Origin: Pseudomonadota bacterium
GTDB lineage: Bacteria; Pseudomonadota; Gammaproteobacteria; Ga0077536
Assembly (NCBI GenBank): GCA_036339995.1
Contig: JAYYZW010000049.1
Span: 7,927 to 71,926, forward strand
Reading direction: 5' to 3'
Length of the DNA stretch: 64,000 nt
Positions 9,722 through 19,566 of the stretch are shown here, piece after piece (position 1 is the first letter of the stretch; each line of letters opens with the position of its first letter). The notes beneath the pieces were generated by a model that worked only from the letters and a program-made list of their open reading frames with translations, was not told the DNA's origin and did no database searches. The translations under genes and the position numbers were made by a program.

Positions 9722-10096
9722 CGTGATGTCCTCCAGACTCGACGATCAAGTAAATACCGCGTTGCAGACTTCCATAATGGCATTTCTGAAACCCGCCCTC
9801 ATTGAACATGCTGTCCAGCTGCTACCAGGCGCATCGACGAAGATCGACTTTATAGGCGAAACAGGCGCCGACAAGCGCCTGTCGAGATGAACCCTAAGTC
9901 AACAATGGTCCCGGGTGGCCGGATGTTAGCGGCCCGAGTGAGCGGCGGCGGATGATCGCACGCCCACCTGAGGACCGCGTATTCGACCATAAATTTGATT
10001 TCAGTCATACCACCGGCCCAGTGCTTTAAGTCCAATGAACCGGCGCCGCTACAAGAGACTTCTTATCGCGTGTGATCGCGCATCTCTTCGAAGACC

Positions 10097-10528
10097 TTAC
10101 CGGTCGTCTTCGATGCGGTACTCGCCTTCGATCGTACGATCGCCGCCGTTTTGGGTACGGACCTGTTGGACAATGAATCGATTCGCGAGCCGCATCGCAA
10201 AGCCGCGTCGGACCGCCGGCAGCAGGCAGGCGAAACCAATGGCGTCGGTTAAGAATCCCGGGGTCAGCAGCAGCACGCCGGTCACGATCAGGATCAGCCC
10301 CTCAATGAGTTCGGTGGCGGGCAGTTCTCTGCGGTTCACCGCCGCCTGTACGCGGGCCAGGGTATGCAGCCCCTGCCATCGCAATAGCCAGGCCCCGATC
10401 ACGGCGGTCAACACGACCAGCGCTACAGTCGTCGACGTCCCGATCGAGCGCCCGACTTCGATCAGCACGAAGATCTCCATGAGCGGAACGCTCAACAGCA
10501 GCACGAACAAGATGAAAAATGGCGGCAC
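10097..10528 (-). CDS. fxsA: FxsA-family cytoplasmic membrane protein
   Basis: 143 aa. The N-terminus PFFILFVLLLSVPLMEIFVLIEVG and the internal LLTPGFLTDAIGFACLLP segment are the FxsA/UPF0716 signature. Confidence 0.75.
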   Translation of the reverse strand: MPPFFILFVLLLSVPLMEIFVLIEVGRSIGTSTTVALVVLTAVIGAWLLRWQGLHTLARVQAAVNRRELPATELIEGLILIVTGVLLLTPGFLTDAIGFACLLPAVRRGFAMRLANRFIVQQVRTQNGGDRTIEGEYRIEDDR

Positions 10529-10695
10529 CTTGGGATCCCTTGCTGTTAAACGGCAGCCCTCGATTGCGCGAAGAATGGACGGTTTTGAATACCGTATTCA
10601 AATGGAATTGTGCCGGCACGACACTTTTCCCGATGTTAGATAGTCATGCAGCAGACGGATTACAATACCACGGTCATCACAGTGGCCGGAAAAGC

Positions 10696-11025
10696 ATGGC
10701 AACTCGCCCTTTGGCTCTCATCGTTTTATGCACCTGTCCTGATCAACAAACCGGTGAAATGCTCGCCCGCGACGCGGTTGAGCAGAAACTTGCGGTTTGC
10801 GTCAACATCATCCCGGGACTCACGTCCATATTTAAATGGGGCGGCGTCATCGAAAGTGAAACCGAAGTCCTGCTACTCGCCAAGACTTCGCGCGACGCAT
10901 ATGGTGCTCTTGAGAACCTCTGGAAAAGCCGGCATCCATATGAACTACCAGAGGTCCTCGCGGTCTCTATCGAGACTGGATCCGAAGCTTATCTTCAATG
11001 GATAGAACAAGCCCTTACGCGCTGA
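10696..11025 (+). CDS. cutA: Divalent-cation tolerance protein CutA
   Basis: 110 aa from the internal ATG at 10696. The translation is MATRPLALIVLCTCPDQQTGEMLARDAVEQKLAVCVNIIPGLTSIFKWGG…HPYELPEV…. It overlaps dsbD, the classic cutA-dsbD pair. Confidence 0.85.
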   Translation: MATRPLALIVLCTCPDQQTGEMLARDAVEQKLAVCVNIIPGLTSIFKWGGVIESETEVLLLAKTSRDAYGALENLWKSRHPYELPEVLAVSIETGSEAYLQWIEQALTR

Positions 11026-12815
11026 TTGTGCTCACGCTCTGCGTCGTGACCGGCGCCGCATGGGGGGGAGTACTCGACGAACTCGAACGTCTGGCCGGGC
11101 AGAGTTCGAGCGTCGGCGAACGCGAATTCCTGCCGGCCGACGAGGCCTTCGTCATGACCCACGAGATCGCCGGTGACGGCAGGCTGACGATCGCTTGGGA
11201 GATCGAACCGGGTTACTACCTCTATCGAAACAAAATGAAGGTCAGGCCGCACACGGCCGGCCTGGTCCTTGCCGGGCCCGATCTCCCCGCGGGCGAGATG
11301 AAAGACGATCCCGGGTTCGGGCCGGTCGCCATTTTCAGAAACCACGTCGCCGTCAGCGTTCCGGTCGAACACTGGCCGGCGGGCGAATTTCTGCTCGAGG
11401 CCGAAGTGGGCTACCAGGGTTGCGCCGAAGACGGCATCTGTTATCCCCCGTTGAAAAAAACGGTTGCGTTCTCGCCTAATCGGGGCGAGATATCGAACAC
11501 CGGCCTCGAACCGTCACGCGGATTTTCGGAATCCGATCGCATAGCGAACGATCTCGCGGTGCGGTCCTTGCCGGCGATGATCGCGACGTTTTTGGGCCTC
11601 GGTGTGCTGCTGGCGTTTACACCCTGCGTGTTTCCCATGGTTCCGATCTTATCCGGCATTATCGTCGGTCAGAAACAACCCGTGAACACACGCCGCGCTT
11701 TTACCTTGTCGTCGACTTACGTTCTGGCCATGGCGGTAACGTACGCCGCTGCGGGTGTCGTGGCTGGGCTGCTAGGCCGCAATCTGCAGGCTGCCTTCCA
11801 ACAACCAGCCGTGATCATCGGGTTCAGCTTGATCTTCGTCTTGCTGGCGCTGTCGATGTTTGGCTTCTACGAAATCAAGGTGCCGTCGCGGTTGCAAAAC
11901 CGCCTCGATGCATTAAGCCGCTCGCAACGCGGCGGCACCTATGCGGGTGTCGCGGTGATGGGCATCCTCTCAGCGGTCATCGTCGGGCCCTGCGTGGCGC
12001 CCCCACTCGCGGGCATCCTGGTCTATATCGGCCAGACCGGATCCGCGGTGGTCGGTGGCAGTGCGCTGTTCGCGCTCGGCCTTGGCATGGGACTGCCCTT
12101 GATTGTGCTCGGCACGTCGACCGGTGCGGTCCTGCCTGTTGCCGGTGCGTGGATGGAGGTCGTCAAGAAGATTTTCGGCGTGATCTTCCTCGGCATGGCG
12201 GTCTGGTTTTTGGAACGCATCCTGCCCGGTCGCGCGACGCTTGCCCTGTGGGCGCTTCTGTTGGTCGGGTCGTCCCTTTTCATGGGTGCGCTCGACGCGG
12301 TGGATAGTTCGTCCGGCGGCTGGCGGCGCCTCCGCAAGGGGATGGGGCTGGCGATGCTGTTCTACGGCGCGGTGCTTATCGTGGGTGCTTCGGCGGGCGG
12401 CGAGGATCTCGCGTTTCCGCTGGCACCGTTCGTGGGTGGCGGCGCGGAGGAGCGAGCGGCCGTCAAGTTCATCGAGGTCAAGGGAATCGAAAGCGTCGAG
12501 GTTCAACTACAACGCGCGAGCCGGGTTGGCCGCGCTGTCATGCTGGATTTCTACGCCGATTGGTGCGTGGAATGTAAAATCCTAGAACGCCGGACATTTA
12601 CGGATGCGAATGTGGCGGCGAGGCTTGGCGAGCTGGTGCTGCTCCGCGCCGACGTCACGGATAACGACGCGGCCGATCAGGCGCTGCTGTCACGCTATGA
12701 GTTGTTCGGTCCACCGGCCGTGCTGTTTTTCAAGAACGGTCGGGAGTTGAGAAGCAACCGGCTGGTCGGGTTTGCGGATGCCGAGGAGTTCACCGCGTAT
12801 CTCGATCGCTTGTGA
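10998..12815 (+). CDS. dsbD: Thiol:disulfide interchange protein DsbD
   Basis: 605 aa. It has a signal peptide, a periplasmic alpha domain, a transmembrane beta domain carrying the Cys pair (TPCVFPMV…GPCVAPPL) and a C-terminal thioredoxin-like gamma domain (DWCVECK). Confidence 0.92.
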   Translation: MDRTSPYALIVLTLCVVTGAAWGGVLDELERLAGQSSSVGEREFLPADEAFVMTHEIAGDGRLTIAWEIEPGYYLYRNKMKVRPHTAGLVLAGPDLPAGEMKDDPGFGPVAIFRNHVAVSVPVEHWPAGEFLLEAEVGYQGCAEDGICYPPLKKTVAFSPNRGEISNTGLEPSRGFSESDRIANDLAVRSLPAMIATFLGLGVLLAFTPCVFPMVPILSGIIVGQKQPVNTRRAFTLSSTYVLAMAVTYAAAGVVAGLLGRNLQAAFQQPAVIIGFSLIFVLLALSMFGFYEIKVPSRLQNRLDALSRSQRGGTYAGVAVMGILSAVIVGPCVAPPLAGILVYIGQTGSAVVGGSALFALGLGMGLPLIVLGTSTGAVLPVAGAWMEVVKKIFGVIFLGMAVWFLERILPGRATLALWALLLVGSSLFMGALDAVDSSSGGWRRLRKGMGLAMLFYGAVLIVGASAGGEDLAFPLAPFVGGGAEERAAVKFIEVKGIESVEVQLQRASRVGRAVMLDFYADWCVECKILERRTFTDANVAARLGELVLLRADVTDNDAADQALLSRYELFGPPAVLFFKNGRELRSNRLVGFADAEEFTAYLDRL

Positions 12816-13375
12816 TCAAACCGTTTCACATTACGCTCCTGGCGCTCGCGCTGCTCGCGGGAAGCAGCGGTTACGTCACACATCAATACCTGAGCCGAAC
12901 GGCCTTGGCAACGCCGGAGCCGAAGGCCACGGTGGTAGCGGCCGGCGCCGCAACAATGCCGCTAGAGTGGTCGTTTACGGATCTGCACGGCCGGCGGATC
13001 GCGCTCGAGCGCTGGCGCGGGCGCCTGCTGGTGGTTAATTTCTGGGCGACCTGGTGTCCGCCCTGCTTGCGGGAAATCCCGGCGTTCATCGACCTGCAGG
13101 CACGGTATGGAGATCGCGGTCTGCAATTCGTCGGCATCGCGCTCGATCAAAGCGAGGCCGTGGCGCCGTTTGTTACCGACCAGGCAATGAATTACCCGGT
13201 GTTGATCGGCGAAGACGACGTGGTGCGTTTCATGCAGTCGCTCGGTAACGACATCGGGGGCCTGCCCTACACGGCGGTCATCGGTGCGGACGGGAATGTG
13301 CTTTTGACCCATCAGGGAGAATGGCCGGCGGAAGCGGCCGAAAACGCCTTGATCACGTTTCTTTCCGCTGACTAA
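12812..13375 (+). CDS. TlpA/ResA-like periplasmic thiol:disulfide oxidoreductase
   Basis: 187 aa. It has a signal/anchor sequence and a thioredoxin motif, WATWCPPCLREIP. It overlaps the dsbD stop, so the two are co-transcribed. Confidence 0.8.
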   Translation: MIKPFHITLLALALLAGSSGYVTHQYLSRTALATPEPKATVVAAGAATMPLEWSFTDLHGRRIALERWRGRLLVVNFWATWCPPCLREIPAFIDLQARYGDRGLQFVGIALDQSEAVAPFVTDQAMNYPVLIGEDDVVRFMQSLGNDIGGLPYTAVIGADGNVLLTHQGEWPAEAAENALITFLSAD

Positions 13376-13490
13376 TCTTCCGATAGTTTGCTCCGATATG
13401 GCGTTAAAATCGCCAATCCTGTTAGCAAATGCCGGCAAATCGTGATAACTTGCAGCCCTTCATCGAACCCGTGTCCAAGGGAGCCTGGGA

Positions 13491-13934
13491 TTGGCCAAAC
13501 TGCTCGTGATCAATGGCCCCAACCTCAATCTTCTGGGGCAGCGGGAACCTGAACTGTATGGCGCACTAAGCCTCGGCGATCTCGAGCGGCGTCTCGTGGA
13601 TAAGGCTGCGGGAGAAGGTCATGAGCTGGTCTGTTTCCAGAGCAACGCCGAAGCCGACCTCATCGAACGCATCCATCGGGCCGGCGCTGATGAAACAGAT
13701 CTCGTCATCATCAATCCCGGCGCTTATACCCACACGAGCGTCGCATTGCGCGACGCATTTCTCGGCGTCTCGATTCCGTTCGTCGAGGTCCACATCTCCA
13801 ATATTCATGCGCGCGAGACATTCCGTAAGGAATCGTATCTATCGGATATTGCCCTCGGCGTCATCACCGGATTCGGCCCCATCGGTTACGAGTTCGCGAT
13901 CGAGGCGGCGGTCGAATGTTTATCAAGAGGCTGA
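13491..13934 (+). CDS. aroQ: 3-dehydroquinate dehydratase, type II
   Basis: 147 aa. The N-terminus [24 protein letters not shown] is the AroQ signature. Confidence 0.92.
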   Translation: MAKLLVINGPNLNLLGQREPELYGALSLGDLERRLVDKAAGEGHELVCFQSNAEADLIERIHRAGADETDLVIINPGAYTHTSVALRDAFLGVSIPFVEVHISNIHARETFRKESYLSDIALGVITGFGPIGYEFAIEAAVECLSRG

Positions 13935-14004
13935 AGAACGATTTCCTAGCGCTGTATGAATCGCCATCGAATAATAAAGAGGCGAGTCGATAAGCTCGCC
14001 AGGG

Positions 14005-14457
14005 GTGCAGGTGGACATTAGAAAAATCAAAAAACTGATCGAACTTCTCAACGAATCAGGTATCGCGGAAATCGAAATCAGCGAGGGCGAGGAATCCGTG
14101 CGTATCAGCCGGGGCTACCCGCTCACGGCGCCGGGCGTCGCGTCGCCCGTGCAGCAGACGGTGGAGACGGTGCTGGTTCCCGCCGGCGCTGCGGGCGACC
14201 CATCCGCCCCGGTAGACGAAGGGCATGTTATCAAGTCCCCAATGGTCGGGACTTTCTACACGGCGGCTTCGCCGGACATGCAACCCTTCGTGAAAATCGG
14301 ACAATCCGTCAAGGTCGGAGACACGCTTTGCATCATCGAGGCGATGAAGATCATGAACCCCATCGAGGCCGAAAGCGCAGGAACGATCGCGGCGATACTC
14401 GCAGAAAACGGACAGCCGGTGGAATATGACCAATCATTGTTCATGATTAACCAGTGA
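14005..14457 (+). CDS. accB: Biotin carboxyl carrier protein of acetyl-CoA carboxylase
   Basis: 150 aa. The biotinyl-lysine motif EAMKIMN is present in a lipoyl-like domain. Confidence 0.92.
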   Translation: MQVDIRKIKKLIELLNESGIAEIEISEGEESVRISRGYPLTAPGVASPVQQTVETVLVPAGAAGDPSAPVDEGHVIKSPMVGTFYTAASPDMQPFVKIGQSVKVGDTLCIIEAMKIMNPIEAESAGTIAAILAENGQPVEYDQSLFMINQ

Positions 14458-14740
14458 TTAGAATTCATCAAAAAATATTTCGCGTCCGTAATTAATTTCA
14501 AGGTAAGTTCTAGTGTGCTGTCTCGGGCCAGCAAGCGGGCGATTTGAAATCTGTGTCGTAATTCGCAACGGTTAATTACTGGCCGTCCGAAAAAGGTAAC
14601 TTTCGCCAAGGCATGAAGACCAAAATGTCGTACGTGATCGTTATTGAATTCATGCCAAAGCGCTCTCGTGATGGCTTTGCGCTTTAGCGAGGAAATATTG
14701 ATGTTTATGGATGGACACTATTCAGACGAAGACACGCGGC

Positions 14741-16084
14741 ATGTTCGATAAAGTCGTGATCGCCAACCGCGGCGAAATTGCGCTGCGCGTTTTGAGGGCC
14801 TGCCGCGATCTCGGCATCAGGACGGTGGCCGTTCACTCCTCCGCCGATCGCGACCTCAAGCACGTGCGCCTCGCGGACGAATCGGTCTGCATCGGTCCCC
14901 CGCCGCCGAGCGAAAGTTACCTGAACATCCCGGCCGTCATTGCAGCTGCCGAACTCGTTGACGCCGTCGCGATTCACCCCGGCTACGGCTTTCTTTCCGA
15001 AAACGCCGATTTCGCAGAGCGACTCGAAAAGAGCGGTTTCGTGTTCATCGGACCGCGCGCCGACACGATGCGTCTGATGGGCAACAAGCTGTCGGCCATT
15101 CAAGCGATGCGAAAAGCGGGAATTCCCTGTGTCCCGGGGTCGGGCAGGCCGCTTGGCGACGATGCTAAGGAAAACGCTGCGCTGGCGCGCGAGATCGGAT
15201 ATCCGGTCATCATCAAGGCCTCAGGCGGCGGTGGTGGACGAGGCATGCGGGTGGTTCACGGCGAACCGTCCCTGAGAAACGCCATCGGCCTCGCCCGGCG
15301 CGAAGCTGCGCGCGCTTTTAGTGATGACAGTGTGTACCTTGAAAAATTCCTCGAACATCCGCGTCATATTGAATTCCAAATTCTCGCGGACACTCACGGC
15401 AATGCTATTCACCTAGGCGAACGCGACTGTTCGATGCAGCGCCGCTACCAGAAGATCATCGAAGAAGCGCCCGCTCCGGAAATCGACGAACCCCTGCGAA
15501 AGGCGATGGGGGAACGCTGTGCGGAAGCGTCCCGGAAGGTCGGATACAGCGGCGCGGGGACGTTCGAATTTCTATACGAAAACGGTGAGTTCTATTTCAT
15601 CGAAATGAATACACGGATTCAGGTCGAACATCCTGTCACGGAAATGATCACCGGCGTCGATCTGGTCAAACAGCAACTCCTGGTCGCGGCGGGCGAACCC
15701 CTGTCGCTCAGCCAGGAAGACATCACCTTTTCCGGCCACGCCATAGAGTGCCGCATCAACGCGGAAGACCCCGAAAATTTCAGGCCCTCGCCAGGCCATA
15801 TTGCTGTATATCATCCGCCGGGTGGACCCGGCGTGCGCGTCGACTCCCATATGTACGCGGGATACGAAGTGCCGCCTTTTTACGACTCCCTGATTGGCAA
15901 AGTGATCTGTCACGCAGACACGCGCGCCGCGGCGCTGGCCCGGATGGAAAACGCCTTGACCGAAATGGTCATCGATGGCATCGACACCAATATACCGTTG
16001 CACCATGATCTCATCACGGATGCCGCCTTCGGTGCCGGGGGTACGGACATACATTACCTCGAGCGCAAGATGGGGCTTGCATGA
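14741..16084 (+). CDS. accC: Acetyl-CoA carboxylase biotin carboxylase subunit
   Basis: [21 protein letters not shown]… has an ATP-grasp fold. The start was chosen by homology; an alternative upstream start lies at 14711. Confidence 0.92.
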   Translation: MFDKVVIANRGEIALRVLRACRDLGIRTVAVHSSADRDLKHVRLADESVCIGPPPPSESYLNIPAVIAAAELVDAVAIHPGYGFLSENADFAERLEKSGFVFIGPRADTMRLMGNKLSAIQAMRKAGIPCVPGSGRPLGDDAKENAALAREIGYPVIIKASGGGGGRGMRVVHGEPSLRNAIGLARREAARAFSDDSVYLEKFLEHPRHIEFQILADTHGNAIHLGERDCSMQRRYQKIIEEAPAPEIDEPLRKAMGERCAEASRKVGYSGAGTFEFLYENGEFYFIEMNTRIQVEHPVTEMITGVDLVKQQLLVAAGEPLSLSQEDITFSGHAIECRINAEDPENFRPSPGHIAVYHPPGGPGVRVDSHMYAGYEVPPFYDSLIGKVICHADTRAAALARMENALTEMVIDGIDTNIPLHHDLITDAAFGAGGTDIHYLERKMGLA

Positions 16085-16094
16085 ATTGCTTTGC

Positions 16095-16976
16095 ATGGAG
16101 GCTAACTGGATCGAATTGCGCTGCTGTATCGACGCCGACGCCCGCGCGGATTTAGAGGCATTCCTGGAGGCAGCGGGCGCCGCATCGATTACTCTTACGC
16201 ACGGTGATGGGTCTCTGTTCCAAGCGTCCGGAACCGATGACTCCGAACACTGGGAACACCTCGAAATCCGCGCGCAGTTTGCGTCCGGAAAGGATCTCGA
16301 TCCCGTCCTGTCATCTGTGCGCGAACGGCTTCCGCCTGGCACCCTCATCGAGGTGATCGAAATCCAAGACCGTGCCTGGGAGCACAGCTGGAGGGAACAC
16401 TGGCAACCGCAGCTATTCTCCGGTGGCCTTTGCGTTTGCCCGACATGGTGTGTTCCGCCTCCTTCAGCAAACCATGTCGTGTTCCTCGATCCCGGCCGTG
16501 CCTTCGGTACCGGCACGCATGAAACGACGGCCTTGTGCCTTGACTGGCTGGCCGCGAGCGGCGCGGTCGCTGGAAAGGCCGTAGTCGATTACGGGTGTGG
16601 ATCGGGGATTCTGGCGCTGGCGGCGGCGCGCTTGGGCGCCGCGACGACCTTCGCCATCGATATCGACGACGAAGCCCTTGATGTCACGCGTGACAACGCC
16701 CGCGTCAACGGTTTGGGCAATCGCGTTCGAATCGGACGTCCGGAATTACTCGTCGCCGCGAACGCCGACATCATCATCGCGAACATCCTGCTCGAGCCTC
16801 TGCTGACCCTGGAATCGCGATTTCAGGCATTGCTCACAGCAGGTGGCTGGCTGGTCCTGTCCGGACTGCTGGCGAACCAGATCGCGCCCGTGTTGGAGGT
16901 CTATTCACGGCGGTTTAACATGGGCACGCCCATACAGCGCGGTGAATGGGTGTTGCTGTCAGGCCTGCGGTGTTGA
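16095..16976 (+). CDS. prmA: Ribosomal protein L11 methyltransferase
   Basis: The translation starts MEANWIELRCCIDADARADLEAFLEAAGAASI…. The SAM-binding motif is VDYGCGSGILA. The start codon lies 10 nt after the accC stop. Confidence 0.85.
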   Translation: MEANWIELRCCIDADARADLEAFLEAAGAASITLTHGDGSLFQASGTDDSEHWEHLEIRAQFASGKDLDPVLSSVRERLPPGTLIEVIEIQDRAWEHSWREHWQPQLFSGGLCVCPTWCVPPPSANHVVFLDPGRAFGTGTHETTALCLDWLAASGAVAGKAVVDYGCGSGILALAAARLGAATTFAIDIDDEALDVTRDNARVNGLGNRVRIGRPELLVAANADIIIANILLEPLLTLESRFQALLTAGGWLVLSGLLANQIAPVLEVYSRRFNMGTPIQRGEWVLLSGLRC

Positions 16977-17009
16977 AATCAAAACTTTGAAACGGGTGAA
17001 AATCGACAC

Positions 17010-17844
17010 GTGATTACCCGATGTCCACAATACCATGCCTGGTTTCGCGTGACCGCCGAACACCTGCGCGAGGCGAACGGATTCGTGACCTGCGGAGAAT
17101 GTGATGCCGTCTTCAATGCGCTGACCACGCTGATCGAAGAAACAGCTTCACCGGACACGCTGCAACACGCGCCGGTGGCGCAAACCGCAGCACCCACCAT
17201 CACTCAAACGCGTCGGCGATCGAAACCGTCGCAGACCCGTCGACGACGGACTCCAAACCAGCGCTGAAAGAAAAACCTGACGCGGCTGGGATCGGCATAT
17301 CCACGGAGGAACCCGCTACAGCCCCAGCCGATGCGCCGGATCCCGAGTTGGATATAGCAAAGTTCGAAGAACTCCTCGCCGCGAATGGCGAGGTGCTTGA
17401 GGAGGTGATCGGAAAACCCAGGCCCGGATCCAGCGACTCGTCCCGAGTATCCGCAAAAGCTCTCGAAGTCGCCCCAGGCGTGGAGCAGGAGACCGATGCG
17501 GACGACGGAAGCGGGAGCTTATTATCACTGGACGATGAAGCCGCAGACGCGCTGCCCGAAGCATCCATGAGCGCCGATGATCATGCCATTACCGCGATGC
17601 ATTACTGGCCAACGCGGCCATGGTCAATGTCGCGCCCAACGCCAAACCGTTTCCCGCTATAGAACTAAGCTTGCACGACGCCGCCGGCAAGATCCTCGGT
17701 GCCCGGCTCTTCCAGCCGAGTGAGCACCTGGACGGGAGCATAGCGATCGCAGAGGGCATGCCGCCAGACAAGCCGGTCTAATCTGTGATGGAGCTCGGTG
17801 GTGATGCGCACGCTGCCGTCAGTTTCGAGTTTAAGTTCCTGTGA
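17010..17844 (+). pseudogene. DUF3426-type zinc-ribbon membrane protein gene, degraded by at least 2 frameshifts and 1 in-frame stop
   Basis: Frame 0 encodes the N-terminal zinc ribbon, MITRCPQYHAWFRVTAEHLREANGFVTCGECDAVF. The acidic linker (…DPELDIAKFEELL…DDEAADALPEA…) continues in frame 2 from about 17205. The DUF3426-like C-terminus (…PAIELSLHDAAGKILGARLFQPSEHLD…AVSFEFKFL) lies in frame 1 from about 17590 and carries a TAA at 17779..17781. Confidence 0.5.
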
Positions 17845-18056
17845 TTGCGAGCGGTTCCTAGGAGGCCTTTCTCGACAAGCCCATTGTGGCTATCATCATT
17901 CCCTCGCGACGGAGGACCCCAGGCGAGCGCGCCTTCGGGAGCTATTTCGAGAATTTGCTGATCTCCCGGCCAGCGGCCTGCATTTCGTCCGCCGTAGCGC
18001 GACCTGCGGCGTAGTGAGCACGCACCGTGACTTATTCAGAGGCTTCTTAAGCGAAT

Positions 18057-19034
18057 ATGGAAATTGGGCCCTACGAATTTGAACACGCCCTCATCCTGGC
18101 GCCCATGGCCGGTATCAGCGATCGTCCGTTCAGATCCTTGTGCCGCAGCTTCGGCGCCGACTATGCGATAACGGAAATGGTCAGCACAAAGCCTCATCTT
18201 TGGAACACGAACAAGACCCGAAAGCGCCTCGATTTGGTCGGTGAGTCTCGACCCAGGGTCGTACAAATCGCCGGCGCCGAAACCGGTGTGATGGCGGCGA
18301 CGGCAAGACGTTGTGAAGCTCTCGGTGCCGACATCATCGACGTTAATATGGGCTGCCCTGCAAAAAAGGTATGCAATAAGTCAGCGGGTTCAGCCTTGAT
18401 GCGCGACGAAGCGCTGGTCAGGCAGATCCTCACCGCCGTGTGCCAGGCCGTCAGTATTCCGGTGAGCTTGAAAATGAGAACGGGCTGGGACACCGAACAC
18501 CGGAATGGTCCGATCATTGCAAAGATCGCCCAAGACTGCGGTGTCAGCGCGATCACCGTGCATGGCCGTACGCGTGCGTGCGCCTTCCGCGGCGCGGCCG
18601 AGTACGACACCATCGCGACGATCAAGGCGCAGCTCGTCATTCCGGTGATTGCCAACGGCGACATCCGGACACCTGAAGATGCGATCGCCGTATTGAAACT
18701 GACCGCTGCTGACGGCCTCATGGTGGGGAGAGCGGCGCAGGGCGATCCGTGGCTGTTCGAACGGATCAAAGCCGCCCTTGCGGGGAAGTCCGTGTCACCA
18801 CCTACAAGGCGCGAACGCCTCGATCTCATGCATGCGCATCTAAACTCGCTGCATGGACATTACGCGAAGATTGCCGGCGTACGCATCGCGCGCAAGCACG
18901 TGGGCTGGTATTTGGACGCTTTCCCTGCGGCGCGTGCACTAAGAGCAGATTTCAATCGAATCGACGACCCGCAGGCACAGCTCGAATATGTCGAATCACT
19001 GAACGAAACGTCGATGTTGGACCGTGCGGCATGA
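18057..19034 (+). CDS. dusB: tRNA-dihydrouridine synthase B
   Basis: 325 aa. The N-terminus MEIGPYEFEHALILAPMAGISDRPFRSLC belongs to a TIM-barrel FMN enzyme. It is followed by fis with an ATGA overlap. Confidence 0.92.
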   Translation: MEIGPYEFEHALILAPMAGISDRPFRSLCRSFGADYAITEMVSTKPHLWNTNKTRKRLDLVGESRPRVVQIAGAETGVMAATARRCEALGADIIDVNMGCPAKKVCNKSAGSALMRDEALVRQILTAVCQAVSIPVSLKMRTGWDTEHRNGPIIAKIAQDCGVSAITVHGRTRACAFRGAAEYDTIATIKAQLVIPVIANGDIRTPEDAIAVLKLTAADGLMVGRAAQGDPWLFERIKAALAGKSVSPPTRRERLDLMHAHLNSLHGHYAKIAGVRIARKHVGWYLDAFPAARALRADFNRIDDPQAQLEYVESLNETSMLDRAA

Positions 19035-19297
19035 GCGCCTCGCGTGCAAGCAATCGAAAAGCCGAACAGCCGCTGACCACGCTGGTCAAGCATTCGCTCG
19101 AACAGTATTTCGACGATCTGAACGGCCAGCCGGCGGCGGAACTCTATGAGCTTGTCGTTCGGCAGGTAGAGCAGCCCCTGGTCGAGATCGTCATGCGCGA
19201 GACGGGTGGAAATGTTTCCAAAGCAGCACGGGTTCTCGGAATAAATCGCGCAACGCTCCGCAAAAAGCTCCATAAGTACGGTTTAAATAACAAGTAG
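19031..19297 (+). CDS. fis: DNA-binding protein Fis
   Basis: 88 aa from the ATG at 19031. The C-terminal HTH is GNVSKAARVLGINRATLRKKLHKYGLN. This is the dusB-fis operon. Confidence 0.92.
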   Translation: MSASRASNRKAEQPLTTLVKHSLEQYFDDLNGQPAAELYELVVRQVEQPLVEIVMRETGGNVSKAARVLGINRATLRKKLHKYGLNNK

Positions 19298-19388
19298 AAC
19301 CACCCTCAGTATTATTCGCGGAGGCGTCGCCAGCAGTTTGCGCAGGGTATCAAGGCGCGAGGTACGTGGTTTAGCGATGCCAAATAAG

Positions 19389-19566
19389 CGACGTGCAATG
19401 CCGAAATGCGGAAAAATGACTGCCGGCCCTTGGGGTTGAAGCCTGAAAGCACGCTTGCTTTATACCAGCGCTTGAACATAGGGCGCCTCCGCGCTACTGA
19501 CTCGGCCTGGCAATCGCTCTTGCAGGGCACGATCTATATGCGAAAAATTTTGCAATAGGTTCTGGT
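19389..19566 (+). repeat. About 175 bp leader repeat (copy B) ending in TTTTGCAATAGGTT 7 nt before the purH ATG
   Basis: It is homologous to 1312..1488 (see that feature). Confidence 0.55.

Noticed and set aside
8795-9805. 336-aa ORF on the plus strand
   Set aside because: It is exactly antisense to ilvE, has no family resemblance and shows Arg/His-rich high-GC shadow-ORF composition.
15572-16516. 314-aa minus-strand ORF spanning the accC/prmA junction
   Set aside because: It is antisense to two well-supported genes and has no domain signal.
17798-18082. 94-aa ORF upstream of dusB
   Set aside because: It overlaps the degraded DUF3426 3' end and the dusB leader in a different frame. It has Ser/Cys-rich nonsense composition.
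19389-19566. ZTP (pfl) riboswitch upstream of purH
   Set aside because: It is attractive because purH is a classic ZTP-regulated gene. However, the two conserved sub-domains (…GUGACUGGCG… and …CCGCCUGGGCA…) are not present with the required spacing. Only short chance-like matches (TGACTCGG, CCTGGCAA) lie adjacent to each other.
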